Shown here piece by piece: positions 24,401-39,400 of a DNA stretch of 64,000 bases; the first letter of the stretch is position 1; each line of letters starts with the position of its first letter. The position numbers and the translations under genes are program-made. Under the pieces are notes generated by a model. It was not told the origin of the DNA and did not search any database. It saw only the letters and a program-made list of their open reading frames with translations. Origin of the DNA: Iphione sp. A-MEVVRFRX5 (lineage: Eukaryota); assembly GCA_976226885.1 (NCBI GenBank), contig OZ320313.1, positions 30,690,001 through 30,754,000 on the forward strand. The letters are read 5' to 3'.

Positions 24401-27400
24401 CGAGGAGAGGGAAGCCCCGTGGTGCCCCCTCGTGTCACTGACCGGTTATGGCTGGTTGTGTCGGCATGGCAGGGAGCGGTCCTGGCAAAGAGGTGTGCAC
24501 GTGACACACAGTGACAACAACATGGCAGACACAGACAGCAAGTCTACAGTGGGGCCGCTGAGCGACCACCACCTGAATCAGTGAACCCTCGGACATTCGT
24601 CAAAGGAGGCAAGATAAGGCAAGACTGCGCCAGACTGGGAGGCTCTGTTCAAAGAACCTAGTCCAGCCAATCAGCACAGTCATCGCCATACCATACATTG
24701 AGTAAGTAAATATTTTTTCGAAGGCTAAGTTCCAATTGTTCTTTAAGAGAATAAATAATATTGTAAAATACTGCTCCTATATACATTTTGTAACATACAC
24801 GTTACTACTGTTTCAATTAGTAGATTACATGAACTTGCCAGTGAAATGTAGTCATGATTCTATTCCACGCTGTGGACACGGGTGTCTGACATACAGTAAA
24901 AGTGGCCCCACCATAGCAAACCTACATACACAGCTCACTTTCAGTTCAGCAGTCACTGTAGTTCGACCTATCCACACACCTGGGTCTATTAAAATCTTTT
25001 CGTCTTGTAGTGATGCCACCTGTACTGTATCTCAGATAGACACCTGTGCCCACCCTGGTACTAAAGTTAGGATTTTAATATCATAATACATTATATATTC
25101 ACTAAGAATTATATCAAAGATTCCATGTGAAGCTTTTCTATGACTCATCATAGTTATATAAGGAAATAAGCACGGAAAGAGAATCGCCCCCTGATTCAGG
25201 CAACGAGAAGGACTGAGCAGATGCAAAAGTAGGGTGTTTCAAGGAGCATCCACCCTGCTACTGGGAGTCCAGAGGTCTAGCTAGCTGATGCAGACACACC
25301 ATGCTCCATTTAGTTAAAAACCGCCCATCAGCAGGACGGGGCATTCAGTGCACCTGTCAGGTCGTTAGTCAGTTCCACTTCAGTCAGGGCAGAAAAACCA
25401 AACTACAGACGAAAGTTCCAGTGACATGAAATATAGCAAAGGTACATTTGGCACACTAAATGATCTGCTCGTGCTTTGTGCGAACTCCTAACCATAGGAA
25501 ACCTACAGATGGAATGAATATGACATCTTGCTTCTGGGATTTCTTCTACCTTGTGTAGAGATGACACGATGGATTCTCACTTGTCAGAAAATTAACCACT
25601 AATTTCCTGCAAGATTGATATTTGCTTTAAATGCAAAACTGGTGGGTTAGATTTTAATATAATATATGAACCATTAGATCTCTGACTGAAGTCGAACTGT
25701 GTCAGACTTGCCAGTGGCGCCATGCAAAGTCTACAGTCGAAGGGAGTGGAGGCTGACCTAATTGATAGCGTGTGCTTTGAACTGCCCGGGACGGTCATCT
25801 GCATCAGTGTGTTTACCATCGGTGTACAGAAGACTATTTGACAGACACTCACCTGGTGCTGGCGGCGGAGCAGCAGCCGCAGCGGGCTGACCGGGAGGTG
25901 ACGTCATCTGCCCTGTGCCAGGTGGCGCTACACCGCTACCAGAGCGCCCCCTGCGGTAGGAAGGTGGAATCATCTCGGGGGGCAGCTTGGCTGGGAGAAC
26001 TTTCCCTGTCTTGGCCTGGTCAACCAGGTACATGGACAGGACGAATTCATCCGTGGTGAGCTTGCCATCATTGTCGATGTCCGAGAGGTTCCTGTGTTAA
26101 ATGAACCATTACTGAAGGTCTGCAAAATACGCTTTTCATTCTGCCGAAAATGTTTGCCTTGTTCAAAGTGGAGCGCTCAATACTGTGAAGCAACAATGAT
26201 GAGACATGACTTGACACGTCAAGGAACGTGACCAGGTGTATATACATGTACCTGGTAATCGCATGGGAACCTTGCACGTCAGTCCTGTAACTACAGTAAT
26301 ATCTCTTCTTGCAGTCACTTCTACAATAAGGTCAACTCTCAAATCAGGTCTCCCAGAAAAGGTCCAAGTCCTTCTGGACTCGTTACTATCCCTTCTACAA
26401 TGGGGTTGCTCTGTCACTTCCAGCAAGAGATCTTACCTTGCATATGCAAGAACTTAAAGCAGGTATTTTAGATATTACTGACAAAAGCATCATATCGAAT
26501 GAAAGCTACTTGCCAGATTTGCGCCAGAATGTTGTGTGTTAGATTCGACTGAGTGAGAACTTCCCTGGCTTCGAGACCTGCAAGAGAAAGTCCAAACTGC
26601 AGTGAACATACAAAACTCTGCCAGGGCGTCACAGCAAGTGTGAACAAACAACTCGGCAGTGTCACATGGGGGGAATTCATACCTATCTATAAGGAAGTGT
26701 GCAAGGACTGGTCTATGAATAGTAACTAATCTAAGATATCACTTCAAGTAAATAAGGTACATGTCTATATTTTGTTAACACCTATTTAACTTCACGCGTC
26801 ACAGATAGAAACACTGTTGAACAGCAAAATACAGCAAGTTCACCGCACCTGTGAGGTAACCTTTCTTGGTTTTGTCCAGCATGTTGAACTTCTGGGTATA
26901 CTTCAACTTGGTTGGCTGTGGGACTGCCCAATCACCACTCGCTGCAGAAACCCTGGAAAAAAACACAATAAACTTAAACTGAAAGATTTGGCAAATGAGG
27001 TGAAATGTTCATTTCAGAAGTACATGTACATGTAGATACACTTGGTATCTATGTAAGGTAACTTGTGTTTTCAGCTCGAAGGCAAAACAAACCCGACAAG
27101 AGTGTGGACCTGTGAGGTCTATTGTCCNNNNNNNNNNNNNNNNNNNNNNNNNNNNNNNNNNNNNNNNNNNNNNNNNNNNNNNNNNNNNNNNNNNNNNNNN
27201 NNNNNNNNNNNNNNNNNNNNNNNNNNNNNNNNNNNNNNNNNNNNNNNNNNNNNNNNNNNNNNNNNNNNNNNNNNNNNNNNNNNNNNNNNNGTGCCTCTCT
27301 CTCTTTACAACCACCTTGATTGGCACCTTCTTTTCAAGTGGTTGGCTGGACTTGTTTAAGTCCTTCAGGTTTACAACTCTCAGTTCTGCATGACTAAGCA

Positions 27401-30400
27401 CAGCACCCTCGGTTCTGCCTCACTGAGCACCACACCTTTACAAACCCTTGGTTCAGCATGACTGAACACAGTACCCTCAGTTCTGCCTCACTGAGCACCA
27501 GACTGCTACAAGTTGATACTGGTAGAGGGGAAATATTGGTGAGTGTGTATATGCATGGTCAGACCTAGGAAACCCTGAACCAGGTATATATGTTTATAGG
27601 TGTGTTAGCAAAAGAGTAAAATTGACATAATTTCACCTTCAAAATACTTGGATTACTACCAGAATCACCCAGTGCCATGGAGCATATACATGTACAAATA
27701 CCAATATCATACATGTATATCAAAATCAGTTCTTTTGAGTGAAGGTTTTGAGACTTATAAGACCAACAAGAGTGTGATGGATAGTCGGGACACAAGCCCG
27801 TAGCATTCCTAATGTCCCCCCCCCCTCTATGAGGTGGGGGACAAAAAGAAATGAAATGAAATTCAACGTTGGATATGGATTTACATGTGTATAAAGCCAA
27901 AAAGCAAAAGGCTCATTTTCATTTGTTAGCAGACGAATGACGTTCCCGTACTGAATACTGACCCTAACCTCAACCTACAGGTGATTTCCTTAAATGCAGG
28001 TCATGTGGAAAAGAACGAATAGGCACTGCTCACATATATACTAGCCAATAAGTAGGCACACAACGGCGGAGTAGTGGTTCCAAACAAGAAAGTATAAAAA
28101 ATATTTACAGAAGATAAATGCCCTCGTCTGATGGACCAATTTGCCAAAAACATGCTCAGCTGGTAGAATTTAACCGTTTCCGAGGCACTTTGCAAACATG
28201 TGTGTGTACCTTTGTTCTGAAATATTGGACAAAGGCTAGACTCTACTCCCTAGGGTGTTACCGAGTTGTGGGTTGCCAGTCTGACTTCCCTCTCTGTTAT
28301 GTATGTGTTTAGCCGTTGTTGCTATTGGCAACATTTATACGGCTCACTGTGCGGAGTTCTATGGGTTCATAAGACTTGGCTGATGCTTTCGACTATAATA
28401 CTGTTTCGACGGTTGTCTCATGAGGCACACTGTTGTGGGAGAGATATACAGACTTTTGAAACATTTATGACATATATGTTGGTGATCCCCCCAAATTGCA
28501 ACCATCCTTCCATTCCAAGCTCAATTGGTTGCATTAGTAGTTGAATTTGACGACTTAAAGACCTAAAAGTGTCAAATTTGATGAGTCAAAGTGCAAAGAG
28601 CAGAGAATTTGACAAGTAAAGGCCTAAACGCAGTTTGTTTGATGATGAAAAGTCCTAAAAATGGCAAATTTTCCACGATTCAACATTGTTCTGTTTGGGA
28701 GGAGTGGTCATGCTAACACCTCTGGTCACACGTTAGACAATGAAGAACCCTTCAAATGTTTTATGTTCAGGAGGAGTGTCGTTCTCATACCTCTGTGAAA
28801 CTGGATTTTTATGGACATTACACTAAAAGATGTGCTTGCAGGCTGCTTTGGCCACAAATCGGTCTGCCCACATAGTGATGTATTCATGCATGTTTTAACA
28901 GAGGCAAATATTTCTGTTCCAAGCCCATATGGATGTAATAACAGTTTTGGTCACATATCAGTATGGTTGCAAAGCGGTATTCAACTTGATGGTTTTTTTT
29001 AACTTACTGTGGTGGAGGAGATGTCATTGGAGCTGCCGCAAAACCTGCAACAGGAACACCGCCACCTGGTGAAAGAAACAAATATTAAGAATAAAGAGCA
29101 CGGACACTGGCAATGCTTAACCAGGGATAAAGAGCGAAACTGAAACAAGAGTCAGTTGTAAGCAACATTTAAATATCGCATAATCAACGGTATTCTTAAC
29201 CACTGGAAAAGATACTTCATATGAGTGGGGGTCAAACAATTACTCTTATTGTTGAGTTGACAGGTGATAATACTAGTGAGATGTCAGTAAAAACGTCAAT
29301 CACATGAGAGATTCGGGAAAGCTGGGTTTTAGGCAGTTAGTCGGAGGAGGAGTATTAGTGACCTTAAGCACATGTAATAAAACTAAAATGAAAACTCCCG
29401 CTTAGACAAAAAAAAGTAGGTTTGGTTAAAAAAAAAAGAGTAATAAATAAATCACTAGGTGAATGTGAAGTATTCAGCAATGAACCATAAGGAACCATCA
29501 CATTTAAGAACATTTTCAATCAAGATGTGATTTTATTAACCCGCCTCGCAACATGATAATCCATACGAATGTATACGTCTACAAATTTCCATAGGCGCAT
29601 CATAACTTTGCACCTTGGCCAACTTGCACCTTACCAACTCAACCCTTCATCCAAAAATCACACTACAACCAAATGACACCATTAGGAAGTTAGACCACTC
29701 ATGTTAAAGTNNNNNNNNNNNNNNNNNNNNNNNNNNNNNNNNNNNNNNNNNNNNNNNNNNNNNNNNNNNNNNNNNNNNNNNNNNNNNNNNNNNNNNNNNN
29801 NNNNNNNNNNNNNNNNNNNNNNNNNNNNNNNNNNNNNNNNNNNNNNNNNNNNNNNNNNNNNNNNNNNNNNNNNNNNNNNNNNNNNNNNNNNNNNNNATGG
29901 TTATGGGGTGAATTGATTGAGGGACGAGTTGACCGGTAAGCAATCATCTTAAGTCTGTTTCCAAACTTATTTACGTATGACCATTTGCCCTTAAATTTAG
30001 AAGTTAAATTGAACACACCGAAGCAAATTAACCAACTAATTTCAAACTTATCTGCTACTTCTTAAGTCAAATCTAACAAGTTAGCTGAAATAGAGTGTGA
30101 GCTGTCACAGAACGTTAGCAGTCCTCTTTGGTTAGCATTTGCGTTATCTAAGCCTCTGTAGATTTACTACTCACCGAAGCCGCCCATTGCTGGGCCGCCA
30201 TTGGTCAAACCATGCATGGCACCGCCCCCTAGTGGGGCGGCGCCGAAGCTTGCTGTGGCGGGAAAACCACCGTGCATCACTCCTGTGGGCGCAGACGACA
30301 AAAAACCACGAAATTGATCACAAAATGGGTATGGATATTCAGATCCTCCACTATCATCGCCACATCAAACTTGCTGTTTCGGTAGTACACGATACACTAC

Positions 30401-33400
30401 TGTCAATTTGAAATATCATTTCTTTCTCGGTCTGTTTTGACCTCTGACAATTTTTTTCTATTCACTTTTCGTCTCCAATAGTAACAGTTTATCAGATCTG
30501 TTTGTTTCAATGTGACTTTGACACGTTAAATGAGTTCTAGACCCCTGTTTGTCACGTTTTTGTTAATATCTTATTTGCAATTGATGGAAAATATCTTTGG
30601 ATTATATGAATATAGCTATATTCCCTACTAAGTGCCGATCAATGGTGAACACCACAAGTAAAGGAAATGTGACGACTTTAAACATACATATAAACCATAT
30701 CGAACTAATCAGTTTAGGACCTCCAGTGCGTTAAGGCGTCTATTTTGTCTATGTTTTGTCACCAAAACTTAAATCATCTACCACTGTGAAGCCTAGGCAA
30801 GTGCAGGGAATGTCAACTCATTTCAACTAGAAAATTACTTGTCAAATCTGAGTATGAGAACAGAATTTAACAGTTATGAATAAAACAATGTGTTGGTTCC
30901 TATGAGGATATGCAGCACAAAGACGTGCACTCGCACGGTCGAGCTTCCCTCGCCAGCAGCAGTATGTCATTACTCAGCAGTCTCAATACAACAAGTTGAT
31001 AAACAGCCATTTCTAACATATCCTCTGTTTCTGTGCTTACTTTCAAATTTAAAAACAAGTTTCACAAGGTTCTGGTAGATGGCCACAGGGTCGGGTAAAC
31101 ATGCTCCTGGGTTCCTCAACCAGAGGCAAAGGGGGACACTAAGGAATTTTTCACATGCTTATAAATACGGGGCAAACGTCTTCCCCTTATGAATGCTACC
31201 TCGACTCTAGAATCCATATGATTCCATTCACAGTTTTTCCGAAATAAAGCAAACATTTACTGCCATCATATGACTCTATTTCATTGATTTTCCCCTAAGG
31301 AAAGTTCCTTTGGAGAAAAAATATCTCTTGTGTATTTACAGCTTTCTCAAGAACTTCTGCGATTGCCATCACTGACACTAACTTTACATCAATACCAAAA
31401 TGAATGTGCTGCGCATGCCGCTTTTCAATTTTCTTAGCTAGTACAGATAATCCTGACTTAAATGTGGAACAGATTTTAATGGTCATACCTATTACTATTT
31501 GCGTCAAAAGGTGGGAACAGGAATCGTAACTACATGAAAGCAATGCAGCTGCAGGCATGCAAGGCAAAAAACCGTGTGATATATAAATATGAGTATAAAT
31601 ATTCATTTTAATACTTTTTATTTTAATATATTTATCGAGAACACACTAATGAAAGGACCTAGCTTCGTATGTTTTGTAAATGATCATTCTATAATTATTT
31701 CCAGTCACTTACTAAGTTGCATTTAAAAAGGCATGCATGTTACAATGCCAGTTTAGATATTAATTGAAAAAAACAAGTGTTCACATACATATACAACTAT
31801 CTAGATAGCTACTTATAACGTTCAAAAGAATATGTAAGGAGCAATAATGGGAGAATTTATAAGTACAGGAGAAACTCGCTTTGCGACCTCCTCACTTTGC
31901 GACCAAATCGACTATTGCGACCATTTAGGGGCGGAACGGAAGCAATTTTAGTACATATTCTTTATGGGAGGAACTCACTTTGCAACCATATTGCTTTGCG
32001 ACCAGTTTCACCCTGCGACCACACCTCCTAGGGTCATTTTTAGTACATTTTAATATCACTTTGCGACCATCACCCTGGAGGGGTGTACATGTATATTTGG
32101 GAGTGGTCACGGGCGTCAACTTTGACGACTTTGATGGTCTCTCACCCTGAAGGGGTGAGGCCGAGAGTGGTCGCGGGATGTCGAGGCGTCAATTTCGACG
32201 ACTTTGATGGTCTCTCACCCTGGAGGGGTTAGGCCGAGAGTGGTCACGGGATGTCGAGGCGTCAACTTCGACGACTTTGATGGTCTTTCACCCTGGAGGG
32301 GTAAGGCCGAGAGTGGTCGCGGGATGTCGAGGCGTCAATTTCGACGTCTCTGATGTTCCTCGCACCTTGGAGGGGTAGCCCGAGAGTGGTCGCGGGATGT
32401 CGAGGCGTCAACTTCGACGTCTCTGATGTTTCTCGCACCTTGGAGGGGTAGCCCGAGAGTGGTCGCGGGCGTCAACTTCGACGACTTTGATGGTCTCTCA
32501 CCCTGGAGGGGTGAGGCCGAGAGTGGTCGCGGGATGTCGAGGCGTCAACTTCGACGACTTTGACCCCCTCCATAATCACTTTCCTTTGTTTATTTAGATG
32601 GTGTACATGTATTTGTAGAGAGAGAGAGAGAAAGGGATATGATTTCAAGCCCAGACCCCCTCCATAATCACTTTCCTTTGTTTATTTAGATGGTGTACAT
32701 GTATTTGTAGAGAGAGAGAGAGAAAGGGATATGATTTCAAGCCCAGACCCCCTCTACAATCACTTTGCGACCATATTCAGAATTACGACCATTTTGGGCC
32801 GACCCAAGTGGTGGTCGCAAAGTGAGTTTCTCCTGTAATAGGATGACACATATGTACGGCTTTAGTGAACATTAATAAATTTGCATTTTACAAATACGTA
32901 AGACGAACTTTATGAGAAAGTTTATGCACAGTGACTTAAACGTGATATTTTTTAAGGTTAACGCTTAAATGTATGCTGTTGTACTCTCAAATAAAATGAT
33001 CCTGTATTTCAATTCATCTGAGATAAGACAGTCCCCCTAGCTGCTCTTCTCCTGCTCACACAAAGAAAGAGTATGATTTTTGTGGCAGTGGGCATTCAAT
33101 CCGGCGTTGTCAGACTGTAATATTGCTGTGGTGAGATACCCATTGCTTATTCTACCGGATTTACAATGCATCTGGGAAATTATATTGCACAGACACCACC
33201 GTTATACCCTCCGCGAGTTGATCGTCCCATCAACTGAGCAAGGCTTCTACTGGAAGCTAGAAAAGAGAAATCATTGGCCATTGCACCCTAAAACCGTCAT
33301 ATTTTGAAACACCCCCCCCCCCCCTCTAACAAAAGGAGTAAAAGTGGGGTGTGGGAGTTGCGGGTGGGTGCCGTATAGTAGGCGTTACACCGGGAGTACA

Positions 33401-36400
33401 GAGAATGTGAAAGGTGGCACACTGGGGCGCCACCATCTGTGTGCAGGGTACTGGCCCTGGGTACTACAGGCTCACTTACCCATGCTACCGCTCATGCCAC
33501 CGAAGCCGGAGACCCCAGTCTCCATGAGCAGCGAGGGTGGCAGCACCTTGGGCACGTCAAAGCCCTGCAGCTTCTTCTGGATGAGATGCATGGCGATGGA
33601 GAACTCGCGCTTGTCCATCTTGCCATCGGCATTCATGTCCGCCAGGGCCCTTTTGAAGAAAAAAAGCAAGTCACGGATTGTTTGATCTTTTTTTGCCAAT
33701 ACAGGAGATGTTGGCAAGCAAGGCAAAACCCCCTCTGCCTTCCCTCACTAGCACGGACTTAGCATATAAGGAAAGAAGCAGATATTTTAGATACCTCCGT
33801 TAACCATAACAAGTAGAATGTTTCGCTTCGTTTCAAAGAAAGGGATGTGTTACATATTCTACAATATCCTCATATATGGGGACACGATAAGATAGTAATG
33901 ATGAAATTTCCATAATGTCAAAACACAACAATGCAATTAGTGGTTCAAGGTATAAAAGAAAGTGGATATTTACTACCAATTAAAAGATAACCTTCACATA
34001 GTGTATACATACCATATTTGCCCGAGAACGATGGGCGGCAGGCCTGACTGGAGGAAGAGGCCTCGAGCTTGGTCACCTAGAATACATGAACGCATCCAAA
34101 TAAGCTACATACTGATAAACACTGGTGCACTGCAGGCTACCAGTACATGAAAGGTGTATTAAATAAGCTAACTGCTGAGAACAGTCCTTTTTTTCTTGAG
34201 AATAATGGGCCGCACGCCTGACTGGAGTACGATGCCTCGAAACTGGTAATCTAGAATGTGAATGAACACACTCACATAAGCTACGTAGTGATAAACGTGG
34301 TCAGGTGTACTGCTGGCTATCAAGTACATGATAGATGCAAAACATCTCATACAAGTACATATGATTCGATGTGGGGGAAAAAACAGAGACCTGCCAACAC
34401 AGCGGCAGGAGGAGGTTGGAGGTCCTTCATCAAACGCCAACAAATTGAACAATGGTGGAATCTGGCATGAACATCGACCAATTTCAAACACGCAACAGAC
34501 AATCTTATGGATCGATATTCATAGAAATCATTGAACTACTTTGCTGGGATGATATTCGTAGCCTCCTTTTAATTCGCCAAATGCCATGTATATAGACATT
34601 ATTCAGCTTCAGCTTGCCAATAATGAGGGGACTGCTGGACGAATGAGAACAAGCTGATTGGTGGAATCTCTATTATAACGTCACATATAATAAAAAAAAT
34701 CATCTGGAAGGAGGGTTGTGAGGACAGCCATCGAATTGCGCAGTTCCTAAGTAAGAAGATTCATTCTGGAATGAAAGTAGAGAAGAGAGCGTTCTGGCAC
34801 AACAAGGTCAGGCAGGTGGGGAAGGACTCAAGTGAACTTTGGAACATTCTGAATGAGGCACTGGGAAAAAGGGAATACAAAGGAGACCTGTATTTCTTAA
34901 CCCATGGGTATATACATTAGATGGTGATGACAATATCGCGGAGGCATTCAACAACCACTTTGTCAACACAGTGGAGGTACTAGCGAACGGAGTGATGGTA
35001 CGGACTAGGGGTGGGACCTGTATGGGTCCGGGCTTTGAATTATGCCCACCTACCCCAATAGAGATGGGCACTATGATAAGGAAAATAAATCCAAAGAAGT
35101 CTAACGCATATTCTGAAGCCAATCCTATTACACTTGACTGACTCTGTATCATGGTTATTTGCAAGGGTTCATGAGACAGCAACATTTCCCAAATCATGGA
35201 AAATCGCACCAATCATGTCCATCTGTAAGAAGGAGGATATATTAAACAATTATAGGCCTGTCTCCATCGTCCCCCTGATGGGAAAACTTTGTGAATGCTA
35301 AATGATGACCCGAGTCGTACGTCATCTAGAGAGCAATGAAAAACAGGCTTTCGACAACTATACAGTACACAGACTGCCATCACCAAACTGATGTGTGAGA
35401 CATTTGATGCAATGAATGACGGTCTCTACTGTTGCCTAGTGCTATTCAACCTGCGCAAAGCGTTTGATCTAGTGCCGAGAAAGAATGTAGTCAGTCAAAT
35501 GAGAGAGTTAGAAATATGTAGCAAGTTACGTAATCTGTTCGCAAGCTATTTTAGTGACAGATATCAGTAGTATGCTGCACGCGTAACGACTCATGACTGA
35601 AACTGATCAGGACAGGAGATCCATCTGTGGCCAAACCTGCTTCAATGTGTTGGTAGACACCGTTACGAAGGTCATGCCTAAACAGGCCATGCCAGTGCTC
35701 TTTGCTGATGATTTAGCGGTATTGACATCCATGAGGGACTTGCTGCAACTGAAGGGTCTTGCAAAGTACAGTATTAAGAGAATAGTGGACTGGGCCTCAC
35801 AAGAGGGGCTGCTCCCAAGTGAGGACAAGTGCCACTATGTCACTATGCGAAAGGCCCAAAACGTCCCCCTACACCTGAACACCAATGACTGTCCTCTAAT
35901 GTTGCGCAAGGTTACCAGCCTCCTGGGATATACGATAGACACAGGGCTTAAATCCAAAGACGCAGTTGAAAGACCAAGGCACGCATGTGGGTAGCCTGTC
36001 TGAAGATCAGTAGGATTAAAATACTCATTCCACTAAAGTCACATGTCCTACTGTTTAAGAGCGTGGTTCTCTCTCATCCCGCCTATGGTGCAGTCTCTCT
36101 GTTTGGCATCAGTGTGTCAGAAATTACTAATCTCCAGGTCCATCTAAAATGATGCGTAAGAGTAGCTATCATGTGGAGGCGGGAGCAGAGCGTAGCTTCA
36201 TTCTTTTTACACCCTGTGTCTTTTTTTCACTCTATGCAATGCAAAATGTTGTCTGGTTCATGTCCGACATTTGCCATTGATAACTCTGTATTTTGACATC
36301 AGAGAAGGCAATAAAACCATTTGAAATTTGAATCTGCAGTGACGGTGTCTGACAATTCGTAACTTTCTGCTCAGGAATGAGCATTACTTCCGTATCATTT

Positions 36401-39400
36401 TATTGGGGGAATGCTGTGAGATGCATTTCAGTATGAAACTCCTTCAATTCTAAGACTGTGACAGAGGGCTGGACGGTCGGACAGCAGCAATTCTTAGGTC
36501 TCCCCCTATAGCATGTGAGGGACAAGAACTTTTCTTCCTGGAGTCCTATGTGGAATCATCCACAACACTACAAACCTAACGTTACCTCTGCCCGTCCTGA
36601 CACTGTGATATGGGGGACGTTAAGGGCCTAGAAACAGTATTAGAGATAGGAAATACACGGCCAACGCCATCAACACAAGTGGTGTGTTTCCAACGACAAT
36701 GACAGCTACTTGCACGGAATTTGCGAGAGGGAGGAAATATTTCAGCTTATGTTCATATTTGAGGAATATCTTGGCTGCACAATATGTATAAATCGTCTTT
36801 CTGGAGTTTCTCTTTATGAGATAGCATTCAAGTGACTTGACATTTTAAAAAAAGTAAAATAATAATACAACACATAAAGCTAGTCAATGCTAAATGGGCA
36901 CCGGAAGAAATGTCGTTCATGGAATGTGTCGCACAATTACGCAAAATAACTACACGTTCATGTACTACATGGTTCAGGTTGACCTGCAGAGACGTAAACA
37001 GGACCCAACAAGAGGAGACTCCTTCGAGGCACCCATTACCATGAGCATTCTGAGCGGGTCTAATGAGACATAATGTAACAGGAGGCTCTTGTGTGGTTTG
37101 ATGATTTACGGTACATTAATGGAACGCCGTAACCTATTCCCCGAAACGTCTCTCTCTCTCTACTTATTCATTCTGATGACACATTTCTCCTCAAGCAATG
37201 CGCCACCGCAGGCCCGGGATACGAGTTCCCTGTTACTGTTACGGGGATTCGTCAGTTACCTACGGGCGCGCTTTCAAAGCAAGCTGGATTTAAACAAGTG
37301 AAATATAGAAAAAAAAAACTGCCGCCATATGGTACAAAGTAATGATAATGAGCTCTCCCTCAAGCCCCTCACTCTGTCTGTAAGCCTGATGTGAAGGTAG
37401 GAGATGATATCACCCAGCTGCTACTAACAATGTCCTGAAGGTGGAGTAGTTAGGAACAGAGACAACAGCAGCGACTGTACGGGGCAAACCTCACGTTCCG
37501 TTCTCACATTCGCTTTACAGCAGCACTGTCAGGAACGTGTCCAATTACAGCCACAGCTGAAGTCAAGACAGATTCCCGATCAACGAAGACTGTACTAGTG
37601 GAATACATAGAACACTTATCCTAAACACGGGTTACTTTGCACAGCCACATGGTAAAGCGCTAGTCCACAGATGAAGATGGAGTTACTAGATTAGCTGAGA
37701 GAGTAACAGGGAGATATTTAAAGACTATTCACACTGACTGTCTACATGATGCATGAAAAAAGGATAAGATCCGGCCAAAGGCAGTAAGGTGATATTGCCC
37801 CCTTAGAACTGGTGATCTATTCATGTAGGGGCACGTGTGGGTTGTTCACAACGACGGCCATAAACTGGAAGGAGTAATCAAATACTGAAGAAGAAAACCT
37901 TACTGGACACCACAATAAATGACGGCTACAAGCTGGAGGTTCACCGAACCACCACACAATTTCCATATCTTAGCTGAGCTTAATTGGATGTGTCGTGGTA
38001 GAATCTGCTCCTGCATAAATGACATGTATTGTATGTGTCCCAACTTATAACTTCAAAGCTGTGTGCAATTACTGGCACTGTTATTCCTACCACGTCGAGT
38101 GAAGTTACTGTCACAATTCAATCTATCTGGTAGGATCAATTGAAGAGCGCAATTCATAGATTTGGGAGCCTTCTACGTTTAAAATGTAACAACGCCAAGC
38201 TAATGGAAGACAAATGGAAATATTGGTGTAAAGATGAAATAACAGAAATCCTAACGACAATGATGAATAGACCTACACAATATAAGAAGTCTTCAATCAT
38301 CTGAACTGGCCAAACTTAAATACCCATACAAACACGTACGCACGTTTGTTTGGAAAGAGCAAATTTATGAGAGAGATTCATTCTGGCGTCCAATTTGCGT
38401 CCTGAAGTGTAAATTAGCCCAATGACAGGTTCTCTAGTAACAGCTGATCAAAATGATTGCCCTCGAAAGAGGCAACGTTGAAGCTGTAGTTTCAAAGCAC
38501 TTCTATAGATCCGGATCAACTTTCAATATTTTGGCACCGTGCGAGGCCTCACATACCTCTGCCTAGTCGCAACCGAGCTGGTTGGAACAAAAACAACTTC
38601 CAGGTGCTGTTTATAACCAAAAACTACAGATAACTGAAGTGATGCTATGTATATTGGTTGCTGTAGAGCCTTACGGCTATTTGTTATGTGTCTGTGTGTA
38701 TGTCTGTCTGTATCTCCAACTTCTCTGTAACCCCCCCCCCCTCAAAAAAAAAACAAAAAAAAACGTCAGCGAAACTACCATATGGTCTTGAAGTCAACGG
38801 AATGCTGATTTTCTTCTTTGGGCTATTCCGTAATCGTTTACTTGACTGGACTTGTTACAGTTGGCATGGGCGGCTAATGTCTGGTGGAAGCACGTAATGT
38901 TCCGCCCTTCCTTGGTTCAGAGAAGGAGCTGCCATGACGCTGAGGTGATGAACTCTACATATTTTGCTTCTATAAATCCAGCCATTAATGATTTTATATC
39001 ATTATCCGTATACCCAACCACAAACCTCTGAACGCCTGTGTACTTTAGTTCTCTATCTAAAATACGTTCAGAAATGTCTCTTTTTATCTGCCCATCAAGC
39101 AAGCATTTCTTACGTGCGGATTACATTTCTAGTGATGACAGCTCTACTGTACCTGTTATGATGCCATTGACGGGATTAAGGGAGAAGAATTGAGCATCGT
39201 GCTTGGTGCGTTCCTCAGGTAAAATCCGCCATGGGTCTCCACCTGTAAATGAGAAGAATACATATGGAAATTATAAGCTTCACTCTCCATGAAATTGTTT
39301 GTATGTGTGTGTGTGGGCCGAGGGTGGGTGGGGAGAGAGCGGTATAATGGCGCATGATGAGGTATCCTTAGTAAATGTGCTCGAGTCCGCGAGTAACATT

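Noticed and set aside
37218-37262. Minus-strand CTGACGA...GGGAAC hammerhead-like motif
   Set aside because: The GAAA core and stem III are not intact
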